Made by a program: the position numbers and the translations under genes
Notes under the pieces: generated by a model
What the model was told of the DNA's origin: nothing
Databases searched by the model: none
Seen by the model: only the letters and a program-made list of their open reading frames with translations
Source of the DNA: a virus
Taxonomy: Duplodnaviria > Caudoviricetes
IMG/VR virus record: IMGVR_UViG_3300045526_000085
Span: 1 to 40,032 of that record
Direction: 5' to 3' (one strand)
Length of the DNA stretch: 40,032 bases
Shown here: positions 19,466-27,803 of the stretch, piece by piece
Layout of the letters: each line of letters begins with the position of its first letter
Numbering within the stretch: position 1 is the first letter of the stretch

Positions 19466-20335
19466 TTAGCGGCGGTTTCTAGTGTTTATTTCCATGCGCT
19501 GAGATGCGCTACTGGTCACTTCCAACGCCCTTCTTCTTGTTTGCAGGCTTCTATCAATTTTGGCGATGTCACGGCGCAGCTTCTGAAAATTGGACTCCAT
19601 TGTCTTTGTGATTGGCTTCCCTTCTGCCTTTCGTTGCGCAGCTTGATTCTGCATCTTGACGGCCTTGGCGGTCAGCTGCGCTTTTGACCGCTCCAGTTTC
19701 ACGCTATCTGCGAAATTGGAGTCAGCTCTTTGAGATCTCCTTCTCAATGCACGTTCGGCCGCATTGAAAGTAGACGAATAACGCGAGACCGACCCAGGCT
19801 CCGCGGATGCTGAAGTCATGCGGCGAGCTGCTCTCCTTTCCGCGCGAAGTCTTCCGGCCGCTTGCTGTTGTGCCAACGCTGCATTTTTCTCTCTTGCACG
19901 ATCCCTTCCCCTCATTTGCGACCTTTCTTGTGGTGTCGCAATTAGCCCAGCCTTGTTGTATTTGTATTGATCGGAATTTGCAGAAGGCAGTCTAGTTGAC
20001 GGCGCCTTACCTTTGCCTGTCAGTCCGCGCCTCACCGGCTTCGCCGCAGCAGCCGCCGCCGTCCGCCGTGCACCGCTGCGTGTGACGGTTCCCGCTGCCC
20101 GGCCGCCGCTGATCCGTGCGGTTTGCGTGGCGCGTTGCTTGCCGCTTGCAGTGCGCAGCCGGCCGCCGCGTGCAGTGGCGCCATCACCGCCGACGCTGGT
20201 AATCCGGCCGCTGTTGTCGCGTGTCAGGCGGTTGGTGCCGCGACTGATGCCACGTGGCGCTGGCCGTCTGCTGCCACCACCGCCACCGCCACTGGCGAAG
20301 CGTCCGCGTGAATCTCGGTTATAGCGGCGTGCCAT
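19466..20335 (-). CDS. very basic Arg/Ala/Gly-rich protein (possible internal DNA-binding head protein)
   Basis: 289 aa starting MARRYNRDSRGRFASGGGG; very Arg/Lys-rich with few acidic residues. Confidence 0.7.
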   Translation of the reverse strand: MARRYNRDSRGRFASGGGGGGSRRPAPRGISRGTNRLTRDNSGRITSVGGDGATARGGRLRTASGKQRATQTARISGGRAAGTVTRSGARRTAAAAAAKPVRRGLTGKGKAPSTRLPSANSDQYKYNKAGLIATPQERSQMRGRDRAREKNAALAQQQAAGRLRAERRAARRMTSASAEPGSVSRYSSTFNAAERALRRRSQRADSNFADSVKLERSKAQLTAKAVKMQNQAAQRKAEGKPITKTMESNFQKLRRDIAKIDRSLQTRRRALEVTSSASQRMEINTRNRR

Positions 20336-20359
20336 GACAGCAGCGTGGTCTACATAAAT

Positions 20360-20491
20360 TCAGTCTACGGTTTCGCTCAGTACATCCGCTAATACTTCAG
20401 CCTTCACGATCTCCAGCGCACCAATCAGCTCAATAGCTGACAGCTCCGAGTCGATGATCAGCTGATTCAATGCGTCGAGGAATTCGGTCAC
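20360..20491 (-). CDS. small acidic helical protein (43 aa)
   Basis: VTEFLDALNQLIIDSELSAIELIGALEIVKAEVLADVLSETVD from GTG 20491; TAAGCT -10-like box upstream. Confidence 0.5.
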   Translation of the reverse strand: MTEFLDALNQLIIDSELSAIELIGALEIVKAEVLADVLSETVD

Positions 20492-20516
20492 TTGAGGGAT
20501 GCAACGCCCGGATAGC

Positions 20517-20852
20517 TTAGCCGGCAATAAAGATCCCCAAATCCTCCGGCTGATACCCAGATCGGATGCTGACATTAGCGCCGCGGTTTAGCGCAGACTG
20601 GATCAACGCGGCGAATGCCTCATACCCATTGTCGCCGTCTTCCATTAGCACCACCTCGTCCACTTCATCAGGTTTGCCTTGCTTATACCAGCTGATGCGT
20701 ACGATCGCGAGGATCTCCATCGGTAACTTGCTGACGTGATAGTCCAGCTCTTGCCGCCGTGGTGGCCGTGGTTCAATCATGATCATCACGTCAACGAGCC
20801 GATTAGTGATCCAATCAAGCAGGCGATAAAGCAGCTGTTGCATCCAGCTCAT
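20517..20852 (-). CDS. hypothetical protein
   Basis: Globular-looking ORF overlapping the portal 3' end; start uncertain (20852 or 20843). Confidence 0.6.
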   Translation of the reverse strand: MSWMQQLLYRLLDWITNRLVDVMIMIEPRPPRRQELDYHVSKLPMEILAIVRISWYKQGKPDEVDEVVLMEDGDNGYEAFAALIQSALNRGANVSIRSGYQPEDLGIFIAG

Positions 20853-22191
20853 CCTCCACGTTGAAGTCATCGCCGAGCACTTCACCATCGGCTAAGCGCT
20901 GCAGCAGCGTCTCTTGCGTGATGGTGCCGGCGGTGTAGAGCTGCAGCAGTGATTGGATCTGCTGCGCTTCCAGTGTTCCGCCGATGAAGTCACGATTTAC
21001 GTAGCTACTGCCAGCCGCTTCTGGTGCACCGAGGAACTGCGCATGAAACTGCAGGCAGTTGTCGATCATGTCCTGCATGTTCTGCGCGATCACCATCATG
21101 GTGCTATCGCCTTGGCTGCGGTCGATGCGCTTCGCCTCGGCGGTTTCGGCGCTCAACTTCTGGCCGAGCACTGCCGCAAGTCCCAGGTCGTTGATCTGCT
21201 TCTCCAGCTGCTCTAGCCGGCGGAACTGGTAGTCGAAGCTGCGGCCGGCAGGTTCGATGTACTCAGCGCGGCCTTCAGATGGAAAGGCAATGGCCTCGCC
21301 GGGACCGGCGCTCACCTCTTCGGCGCTGCTGGGGAAGCCGTAGAAGGCCAGCATCGGCACCGCCGAGATGTGCAGCTGGTTATCAAGATCCGATTGGATC
21401 TGATAGGTCTTCAGGTTCAGCTCTGCGATGTCCTGCAGCGGCGGGCGTGACTCCAGCAGTGCTACGCGGTTGCTGTAGGCCACGCTGAACGGGATCCGGT
21501 CGAGCGTTGTGGTGCCTTCGTCGTAGATCTTGAAGTCGCCAGTGCTTTCATCACGCCGATGCAGTTGGTATGCACCAGGCGTCAGCACCCGCACCTGCTC
21601 CACTTGCTTTTCGCCGTATTCACCATCCGGCTCGGTGAGTGTTTCCTTCAGCCGCAGCTGCGTGATCTGCTGTGCACCGTCAATCATCTGCGTGCGCCAT
21701 CCGAGGATGTCGCGCGGCGTGTAGCACACCCAATACGGCCGGCCATTGCCATCAGCCGGTGCATCTACCAGCACGCCAACATGCCCGTAGCGGATCATCT
21801 TACGGGCGGTTTCATAGGTCCAGCAGTTCAAATCATCGCCCAAAAGGTTGACATCAAACAGCTGTTCACGAATGGTGTCGCCAGTGTCGTTGAGCCTCAC
21901 CGGTTTGCGCGTCAACATACCGGCCAGCATTCGCTCTAGGCGGATGTAGTACGGCGGGCAGATTGATCTGGCCAGCCTTGAATCATAACTTTCATCGGCC
22001 TCTCTCGGCTCTTGAAAGAGATACTTGCGATGTTTCTTCCGCATGGCGGTGGTGCCGCCGAGCAGATCCTCAATCAGGATCCAGTGCGGCTCTTGCGCAT
22101 ACCATGCGGTGTTGGGGTCTGCAACGCCAGCAACCTTGCGTGTAGCCGTTGGCCGGTCGTATGCGCGAAAGCCTGAATACATCTGCTGCAC
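20815..22191 (-). CDS. portal protein (DUF4055-type)
   Basis: LLGGTTAMR....YL.QEPRE....Y..RL, YGHVGVLVDAP and PPLQDIAELNLK.YQ.QSDLDNQLH motifs; downstream of TerL; alternative start ATG 22182. Confidence 0.92.
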   Translation of the reverse strand: MQQMYSGFRAYDRPTATRKVAGVADPNTAWYAQEPHWILIEDLLGGTTAMRKKHRKYLFQEPREADESYDSRLARSICPPYYIRLERMLAGMLTRKPVRLNDTGDTIREQLFDVNLLGDDLNCWTYETARKMIRYGHVGVLVDAPADGNGRPYWVCYTPRDILGWRTQMIDGAQQITQLRLKETLTEPDGEYGEKQVEQVRVLTPGAYQLHRRDESTGDFKIYDEGTTTLDRIPFSVAYSNRVALLESRPPLQDIAELNLKTYQIQSDLDNQLHISAVPMLAFYGFPSSAEEVSAGPGEAIAFPSEGRAEYIEPAGRSFDYQFRRLEQLEKQINDLGLAAVLGQKLSAETAEAKRIDRSQGDSTMMVIAQNMQDMIDNCLQFHAQFLGAPEAAGSSYVNRDFIGGTLEAQQIQSLLQLYTAGTITQETLLQRLADGEVLGDDFNVEDELDATAALSPA

Positions 22192-22223
22192 CTCGATGGG
22201 TGCAGTCTAGGTAATACATCAAA

Positions 22224-22295
22224 ACGGCCGGGCTGGACTTGAACCAGCACTGAGTTCGGATTGTCTCCGCTGCCTCTACCTTGGGCTACCGACCT
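22224..22295 (-). tRNA. tRNA-like element with aberrant 5-nt anticodon loop (pseudo-tRNA)
   Basis: Minus strand AGGTCGG TA GCCCAAGGTAGAGGC A GCGGA-GACAA-TCCGA ACTCAGT GCTGG-TTCAAGT-CCAGC CCGGCCG: acceptor stem, D arm and perfect T arm are present; the anticodon loop is non-canonical and no CCA is encoded. Confidence 0.65.
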
Positions 22296-22341
22296 GGCCC
22301 GATGCCGCAGCAGAGCGGGAACACCAGCAGCCTACGGCAAC

Positions 22342-22369
22342 AAAAAACCCGCCGCTGCGAACGACGGGC
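22342..22369 (-). terminator. intrinsic terminator after the AbrB-like gene
   Basis: Minus strand CCCGTCGTT-CGC-AGCGGCGGG followed by TTTTTT. Confidence 0.8.
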
Positions 22370-22409
22370 TGAGGATCCCTCGCGGAGTTGCTCAAGCTCC
22401 GCGTGCAGC

Positions 22410-22751
22410 TTACTCCCCCGCGTAGGTGAGTACGATCTGCTTACGGCCGACCTTGATCTCGAACTCATCGCCAGGTTCAGCGCCCATCTGCTGCATGTAC
22501 GCCTCACCGATCTGCAGCTTGCCATTGAACTGCACCTTGGCCTTGTAGGGCAGCCCACGGCCGCGCTTGGTGGTGCCGCCGCTGATGGTGAGGCCCTTGG
22601 CGTCGAGCAGCGCCTCATAGAACGCCGTAAAGTTCACCTGCTCAGAGCCATCTGACTTGGCGGTCACATAGCCGCAGCCGCGTGCCATCTGGCTTTTGTT
22701 GCTGCCTTCTAGTTCTTTCACCTTCGCCAGCAGTTCAGCGCCTTTCAGCAT
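22410..22751 (-). CDS. cyanobacterial AbrB-like transcriptional regulator (cyAbrB family)
   Basis: L.G.ELL.KVKEL....K...ARGCGY...VNFTAFYEALLDAKG and C-terminal VQFNGKLQIGEAY...PGDEFEIKVGRKQI match the cyAbrB architecture; TATACT -10 box upstream. Confidence 0.88.
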   Translation of the reverse strand: MLKGAELLAKVKELEGSNKSQMARGCGYVTAKSDGSEQVNFTAFYEALLDAKGLTISGGTTKRGRGLPYKAKVQFNGKLQIGEAYMQQMGAEPGDEFEIKVGRKQIVLTYAGE

Positions 22752-22784
22752 TGTTCAGTTGTAGTTGACTGGTGGAGTATAGGT

Positions 22785-23111
22785 CTATATCGGCTGCTGC
22801 CAAATCGAGCGGGCTGAGATCGCAACGCGGATGTCACCGCCGGTGCTCACGTCAACTGTTGCGGTTGTGATACAGAACAAGTGGCGTTGAAAGAAGAAGC
22901 ACTGCCCAGGAAGTGCGGTGCACTGGCCGATGGCGTCGGAATGCACTGGGCGCAAGGTGGCCTCTAGCTGCGGCCGCGCCATCACGCGATCCTCTATTGC
23001 AAGACTGGCCTCAAGTAGCTGCCACTGATCGGTATTCAGTGGCGAATACCGGGCCAAATGGTCGGGCAAGGCAATGCCCGTTGCGTCTGCAGCGGGAGAA
23101 AGTTTCTGCAC
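22785..23111 (-). CDS. hypothetical protein
   Basis: 108 aa ORF filling the gap on the coding strand; TAGCAT -10-like box upstream. Confidence 0.45.
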   Translation of the reverse strand: MQKLSPAADATGIALPDHLARYSPLNTDQWQLLEASLAIEDRVMARPQLEATLRPVHSDAIGQCTALPGQCFFFQRHLFCITTATVDVSTGGDIRVAISARSIWQQPI

Positions 23112-23150
23112 GATTGAGCGAGGGTGGAGAGCCCACCCATGCTACCGCCG

Positions 23151-23345
23151 TCAACGCTCCACCACCTTGTAGGTTTTGCCGATCAGCTGGACTACTCCGG
23201 CGTCGTCGCTGATCAGATACTCCGCATCGCATCGCACGAAGTCCTGCGCCTTGAAGCGCAGCGTGAAGCTCACCAGGTTGGTGGTTGGGATGCCGAGTGC
23301 TGCGGCGATCTGCGGGCCTAGGGTGTCGCTGGTGGGGGTGGGCAT
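23151..23345 (-). CDS. hypothetical protein (64 aa)
   Basis: ATG 23345 lies just after the TerL stop. Confidence 0.5.
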   Translation of the reverse strand: MPTPTSDTLGPQIAAALGIPTTNLVSFTLRFKAQDFVRCDAEYLISDDAGVVQLIGKTYKVVER

Positions 23346-23349
23346 GGGT

Positions 23350-24681
23350 CTAATACACGCGGATTCCTGTGCCCTTGCCGGCATTCAGGTGGAGCGGGTT
23401 GAATTCGCTCATGATTAGATAGCCTAATCCGTCGCTCCAATGCTCGATGCCGCCGGTCTTGTCGATCACATAATCGTCGGCGCCTTGTTTATACGTGACA
23501 TTGCGCAGTGCCTTGATCGTGTTCTTGCAGCGCGGATGCACGAACAGGCGGATCTGGCCGTTGGCATTGCGGATCATGCAGTTGGTGGCATTGATCTTGT
23601 CCTTCACTGCCCACGGCGCTTTGGGGCTGACGCAACCGAAGCCGTACTGGCGGATGATCTCGTGATCAGTGCGGCCGGCGGATGACGTTTTTCTCGCCGA
23701 GCCTGTTGGATCAGGGAATGCGATCAACCTGCGATTCCTGAAGCGATCCTTGAGCATTGCGCACACTTCATCGGTGTTGGTCTGACGCACTGACACCTCA
23801 TCCCAGATGTGCAGCGTGTCGCCAACGCGGCTGCCGAGCACACCAGCCAGCACGCTTACGTTGAAGTCAGTGCCCCACAGGATCGGGCCGCCAGTGTCGG
23901 TGATGTCTTCGCTGATGTTGTCGTCGCCGAAGTCGGGATACACCCGGCCGGATAGCGTCTCAAAGCTGGCGAGGTATTCCTGGCGAAAGGTGCGCTCGTC
24001 AAGCGTTCGTTTAGCAGCTTCTACTTCATAGTCGGGAACATTCCCTCCCTCAATAGTGGTATAGCTAAATGTTGACCAGTCCTCTTGCTCTTTGGCTTGT
24101 TCCCACCAATCATAAAAATGGTTCAAGCCTGATGGTGTACTGATAAACCATGCCGGCCCACACTGATCTGAAAGCGCTGGACGCAATACCATTTCCCAAG
24201 CATCTTTTGGCACATAGGCAGCCTCGTCAAGCACGAGGGCGCTCAATGAAGCCCCCCGCAAAGAATCCGCGCGGTCCGCTCCTTTCAGCTGAATTCTGCT
24301 GCTATTTGTTAGCTCTACGGACAGCTCTGTCTCATTGGTTTTCAATATCAATTCCGGTGGAAGCATTGTTTTAAGTTGACGCCAAGCAATCTGTTTTGCG
24401 CTTACGTATGTCTGAGTCGAATACCAATTAAGGCTATTTGGTTTTTCTATTGCCCAACAAATGAGACGTGCAAGGCATAAATAAGTCTTGCCCATGCGAC
24501 GCCCAGCGCAGAGCATCTTGAATCGCTCTGGCGCATCCCACACAGTTCGCTGAGGAACAGTAAGAGACTCGTACAGCCGAGACACAAGCAGCTTGTATTG
24601 ATCGCTGTAATCAACTTGCATCTTGACAGGCGGTTCTAGCAAGCTGCCACCTGGGCAATGACTCAAGATTGAACCGCTCAT
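23350..24681 (-). CDS. terL: terminase large subunit
   Basis: Walker A AGRRMGKT, Walker B LVLDEAA, motif III ISTPSG.N, RNase H-like nuclease GTDFN...H.SDGLGY. Confidence 0.95.
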   Translation of the reverse strand: MSGSILSHCPGGSLLEPPVKMQVDYSDQYKLLVSRLYESLTVPQRTVWDAPERFKMLCAGRRMGKTYLCLARLICWAIEKPNSLNWYSTQTYVSAKQIAWRQLKTMLPPELILKTNETELSVELTNSSRIQLKGADRADSLRGASLSALVLDEAAYVPKDAWEMVLRPALSDQCGPAWFISTPSGLNHFYDWWEQAKEQEDWSTFSYTTIEGGNVPDYEVEAAKRTLDERTFRQEYLASFETLSGRVYPDFGDDNISEDITDTGGPILWGTDFNVSVLAGVLGSRVGDTLHIWDEVSVRQTNTDEVCAMLKDRFRNRRLIAFPDPTGSARKTSSAGRTDHEIIRQYGFGCVSPKAPWAVKDKINATNCMIRNANGQIRLFVHPRCKNTIKALRNVTYKQGADDYVIDKTGGIEHWSDGLGYLIMSEFNPLHLNAGKGTGIRVY

Positions 24682-26096
24682 GCTGCCATCTTGTATAAAG
24701 CCTTGCGTTGCGCTGGTGATGTTGTCAAGAATCGAACTGCAAACTCTTCGCGTCCGTACTCTTGCAGCAAAGAGTGGAATTCAACAGCTTTAGCAAATAG
24801 TTGCTCGCAGCTCATTCTACGCACCTCAGTATGCCCCTCCCATTTCGCTTGCGCCAAAGCGCTTGGGCATTCTGCCATGACCCGAGTCGCCTTTAATACG
24901 GCTTGCTCGATCAACCAAGAATCAATGCGAGTGAGAACAATGAAATCATAGACATCTCCATACTCGCCTCGGGATGCACGCTTGCGGATTCTAATATCCT
25001 CTGCGATCCCAGGCTTTGCGTAACCTTCAAATCGCTTTAAGGGAAAGACGTAGAAATAGGACTCGGCTTCTGGATTTCGGAAGGTGCCAGCTATCCAAGC
25101 TTGGAGACTATCGTATCCGCCTTGCCCGCATCCGCAAGTTTTCTGCAATCCGGATACGGCATCACGAAGTCTTACTTCGCATGTATTTCCGCAATCACAC
25201 TGGAACTCCCAAGTGTATGTGGTTTCACCGGAACGCTTGCCAATGCTTCGCAGTGCAACTAAGTTGCCGAATCGTTCGCCAGTCCTATCAGCGGCGCACG
25301 TGCTTTTGCTGCAGCCACAACTGGCGTTGGGATTTTGCTTGACGTTGCACGGAAGACGAGTGCATGTATTTCCGCAATCACATCGCCAAAGCCATCTGCC
25401 TTGCGAAGCGCACTTTGAATTATCAATTTGCTTGATGCCTATTAACTTGCCGAAACGCACGCCAGAATAATTATCCGACTTTGTGACAGACATTCGTTTC
25501 TTCGCGCATTGCGAACATCCCACGTCGCCATTGCGCTTAAGTCTCCATTTAATAGTCGCTCCAGCTGCTATTACCTCTCCGCCGCAATCGCACCTAAAGC
25601 GCCAATGCGCTTGCCCTCTATTGCCATTTGACTTGACAGCGCTATGGCTGTACTCAATGGCAGTCAAGCGACCAAACCTTTGGCCAGTTAAATCCTTGAG
25701 TTGCGTTTCCGTGATTCGATCTTTTCCGTAGCAGCCACAGCTAGATGTATTGCCAGAGGCAACGGAAGTGCATGTTGAATACGTGAGACGGCCGCAATCG
25801 CAAAGAAACTCCCACTCAAGAGAGGCGCCACGGCGGTTGCCGGTCCGTCGAACAGCAACAAGGCGGCCGAATCTTTGGCCGGTAATGTCTTTTGATCTGC
25901 GAATGGTAGCTTCTTCTTTAGCAAGGCATCCGCAGCTTTTTGAGCGACCGCAACGGACGAGGGATCCGTTGATTTGCTTTTGATTCCCGCAATCGCATTG
26001 CCACCACCACACGAGTTTGCCGTGGCGATCTTTGTGGGAAAATCGAAGCGCAACGAGACGGCCGAATCGCTGGCCGCTAAGGTCTAAACTGTGCAT
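24678..26096 (-). mobile_element. free-standing homing-endonuclease-like gene: five Zn-binding repeats plus a GIY-YIG/T5orf172-like C-terminal domain
   Basis: Five D..G.RFG.L....W...CDCG.....C..C repeats, then YFYV....YAKPGIA.D...R...IEQAVL...EGHTE; AT-richer than its flanks; inserted between terS and terL; start moved to ATG 26096. Confidence 0.7.
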
Positions 26097-26160
26097 GGTT
26101 CCAGGTAACAGCTGGGATCCGTGGGGCAGGGTGTTAGCGCACCGCTGCCCCTTCATCGTA
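26097..26160 (-). promoter_or_regulatory. promoter and structured leader of the endonuclease gene
   Basis: TACGAT -10 box right after the terS stop, then hairpin GGGGCAGCGGTG-CGCTAA-CACCCTGCCCC and a second stem CCAG-CTGTTAC-CTGG abutting the ATG. Confidence 0.55.
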
Positions 26161-26161
26161 G

Positions 26162-26488
26162 CTAGGAGCAAAGCTGCGCCAACTTCGCCGCAGTATTGAT
26201 CGCGCCCAGTGCGATGTGGTACTGGCCCGCCTGCCGTGCTTCCTGCTGTAGCGTCGCGCATTGCGACAGGAGATCAGCCACCATCTGCGGCCGTTCGATG
26301 TCCCAGTCAGCCTTGAGCTTCTCGCGGGCATGACGCAAGTAAAGGTCGCAGGCGTCATCCTTCACCCCCCAGTTCTCCCGGGCGTAGCGGATGCAATCCG
26401 ACCTGCGACCACCTGCGGCGATGATCCGCGCGAAGTGTTCGGCGCGTTCTAGGGTTTCTTGTTTTGGACCACGCGGCGCAGCCATCAA
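26162..26488 (-). CDS. putative terminase small subunit
   Basis: 108 aa with an N-terminal HTH-like segment and helical C-terminus; first gene upstream of the endonuclease/terL pair. Confidence 0.6.
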   Translation of the reverse strand: MMAAPRGPKQETLERAEHFARIIAAGGRRSDCIRYARENWGVKDDACDLYLRHAREKLKADWDIERPQMVADLLSQCATLQQEARQAGQYHIALGAINTAAKLAQLCS

Positions 26489-26511
26489 ACTGTACCGATC
26501 ACGAACAAATA

Positions 26512-27549
26512 CTAACCCCTTATCTGCACAGGCATTACAAGGTAGATGTTAGCGGAATCGCCATCGGATAGCACGACCGGGGTGGTTGAGCTGTTGGCGC
26601 GGATGGTGATGGTGTCACTGTTGAAGCCTTTCACGCCGTCGATCAGGTAGTGCACATTACAGGCCAGATCAGGCAGCTTGCCGTCCAGTGCGATGGTTTC
26701 AGCGCCGCTGTTGGCCTCGGCTTCGGCGGTGAGTTTGCCGCCGCTGAGCTTCACGACGGAGTTGTGGCTGTCGGCGATCACGGCGATCCGCTCCAGTGCG
26801 CGGAGCAGCGCCACGCGGCTGCAGGTTGCCTCATGGCTGCTGGTGGCAGGCACCAAGGCTTGTACGTCTGGGTAGCGGCCATCGAGCACGCGGCTGGTGA
26901 TGGTGGTGGTGCCGGCGCTGAAGCTGACGTGATGGCCGTCGGTGGTGATGGTGCACGGTTCACGCAGCAGTGCCATCGTGCGGCCGGGTACGACGACATC
27001 CAGCTCCAGCTCGGCCGGCACGGTGCGCACGGCAAGGCGATGGCCGTCTGTGGCCTGCAGCGCCATCAAGCCACCCGTAGCGGCCACGTGGACGCCCGTG
27101 AGCAGCTGCTTCGCTGCGTCATGGCTCACAGCAGGCAACACGGCGCTCAGAGCGTCCTGTAGGGCCACAGGAGCGCCTGCAGCGGCATCCACGGCCGGAA
27201 GGGCGGGGAAGTCATCCGCAGCGGCCACAGAGAGGCTGTAGGAGCCACCAGCGGCGGTGAGCTGCAGGCGGTCGCCATCCAGTGCCAGTGATACGGCGTC
27301 AGACAATCGACCGGCGATCTCCGACAGCAGGCGATGCGGCACCACCACGGAGCCGGGTGTTTCCACTGCGGCGGTGATGGTGGTGGTGATACCGAGGTCC
27401 AGGTCGTAAGCGGTGACCGCCAGCTTGCCGTCGTCGGTGGCAGTGAGCAGTACACCGGCAAGGATCGGATGCGTCTTGCCGCTGGATACAGCACGCGCCA
27501 CGGTGCGGAGTGCGGCGTTGAGATCAGCTTGGGTTGCGAGCAGTTTCAT
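26512..27549 (-). CDS. dnaN: DNA polymerase III beta sliding clamp
   Basis: THPILAGVLL, AYDLDLGI, DDFPALP, LQATDGHRLAV, RVLDGRYPDVQALVP and C-terminal YLVMPVQIR; start moved to ATG 27549. Confidence 0.93.
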   Translation of the reverse strand: MKLLATQADLNAALRTVARAVSSGKTHPILAGVLLTATDDGKLAVTAYDLDLGITTTITAAVETPGSVVVPHRLLSEIAGRLSDAVSLALDGDRLQLTAAGGSYSLSVAAADDFPALPAVDAAAGAPVALQDALSAVLPAVSHDAAKQLLTGVHVAATGGLMALQATDGHRLAVRTVPAELELDVVVPGRTMALLREPCTITTDGHHVSFSAGTTTITSRVLDGRYPDVQALVPATSSHEATCSRVALLRALERIAVIADSHNSVVKLSGGKLTAEAEANSGAETIALDGKLPDLACNVHYLIDGVKGFNSDTITIRANSSTTPVVLSDGDSANIYLVMPVQIRG

Positions 27550-27790
27550 GAAGCTTGGAGATAACAAAAGCAACGAGGGATTCAACGTGATGCCGGCTGA
27601 GGTCGCCGCGCATGAAGGCAGCGGCATCGGCAACCAGCGAATGATACGCCACCGGGCTCAACCCTGCAACGGTCGGTAGCGCCAGTGCGCGATCGCGGAT
27701 CAACTGCGTGCGGGTGGTGCCAGCAGCGGCGGCTTCAGCGTTGAGCCTCTCCAGGTCGGATGGGTGGAGGCGGATCTTGATTTCTTGCAT
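27524..27790 (-). CDS. ribbon-helix-helix (CopG/Arc-like) protein
   Basis: MQEIKIRLHPSDLERLNAEAAAAGTTRTQLIRDRAL RHH pattern. Confidence 0.7.
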   Translation of the reverse strand: MQEIKIRLHPSDLERLNAEAAAAGTTRTQLIRDRALALPTVAGLSPVAYHSLVADAAAFMRGDLSRHHVESLVAFVISKLHETARNPS

Positions 27791-27803
27791 TTCTGGTGGT
27801 GGT

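Noticed and set aside
22224-22295. Functional decoding tRNA with an assignable anticodon
   Set aside because: The anticodon loop is 5 nt without U33 and the first acceptor pair is mismatched; no anticodon can be assigned.
24678-26261. Endonuclease as part of a group I intron or intein in terminase
   Set aside because: terL is intact and begins after the endonuclease stop; no intron core or intein motifs were seen. The ORF-track start at 26261 overlaps terS and is likely too long.
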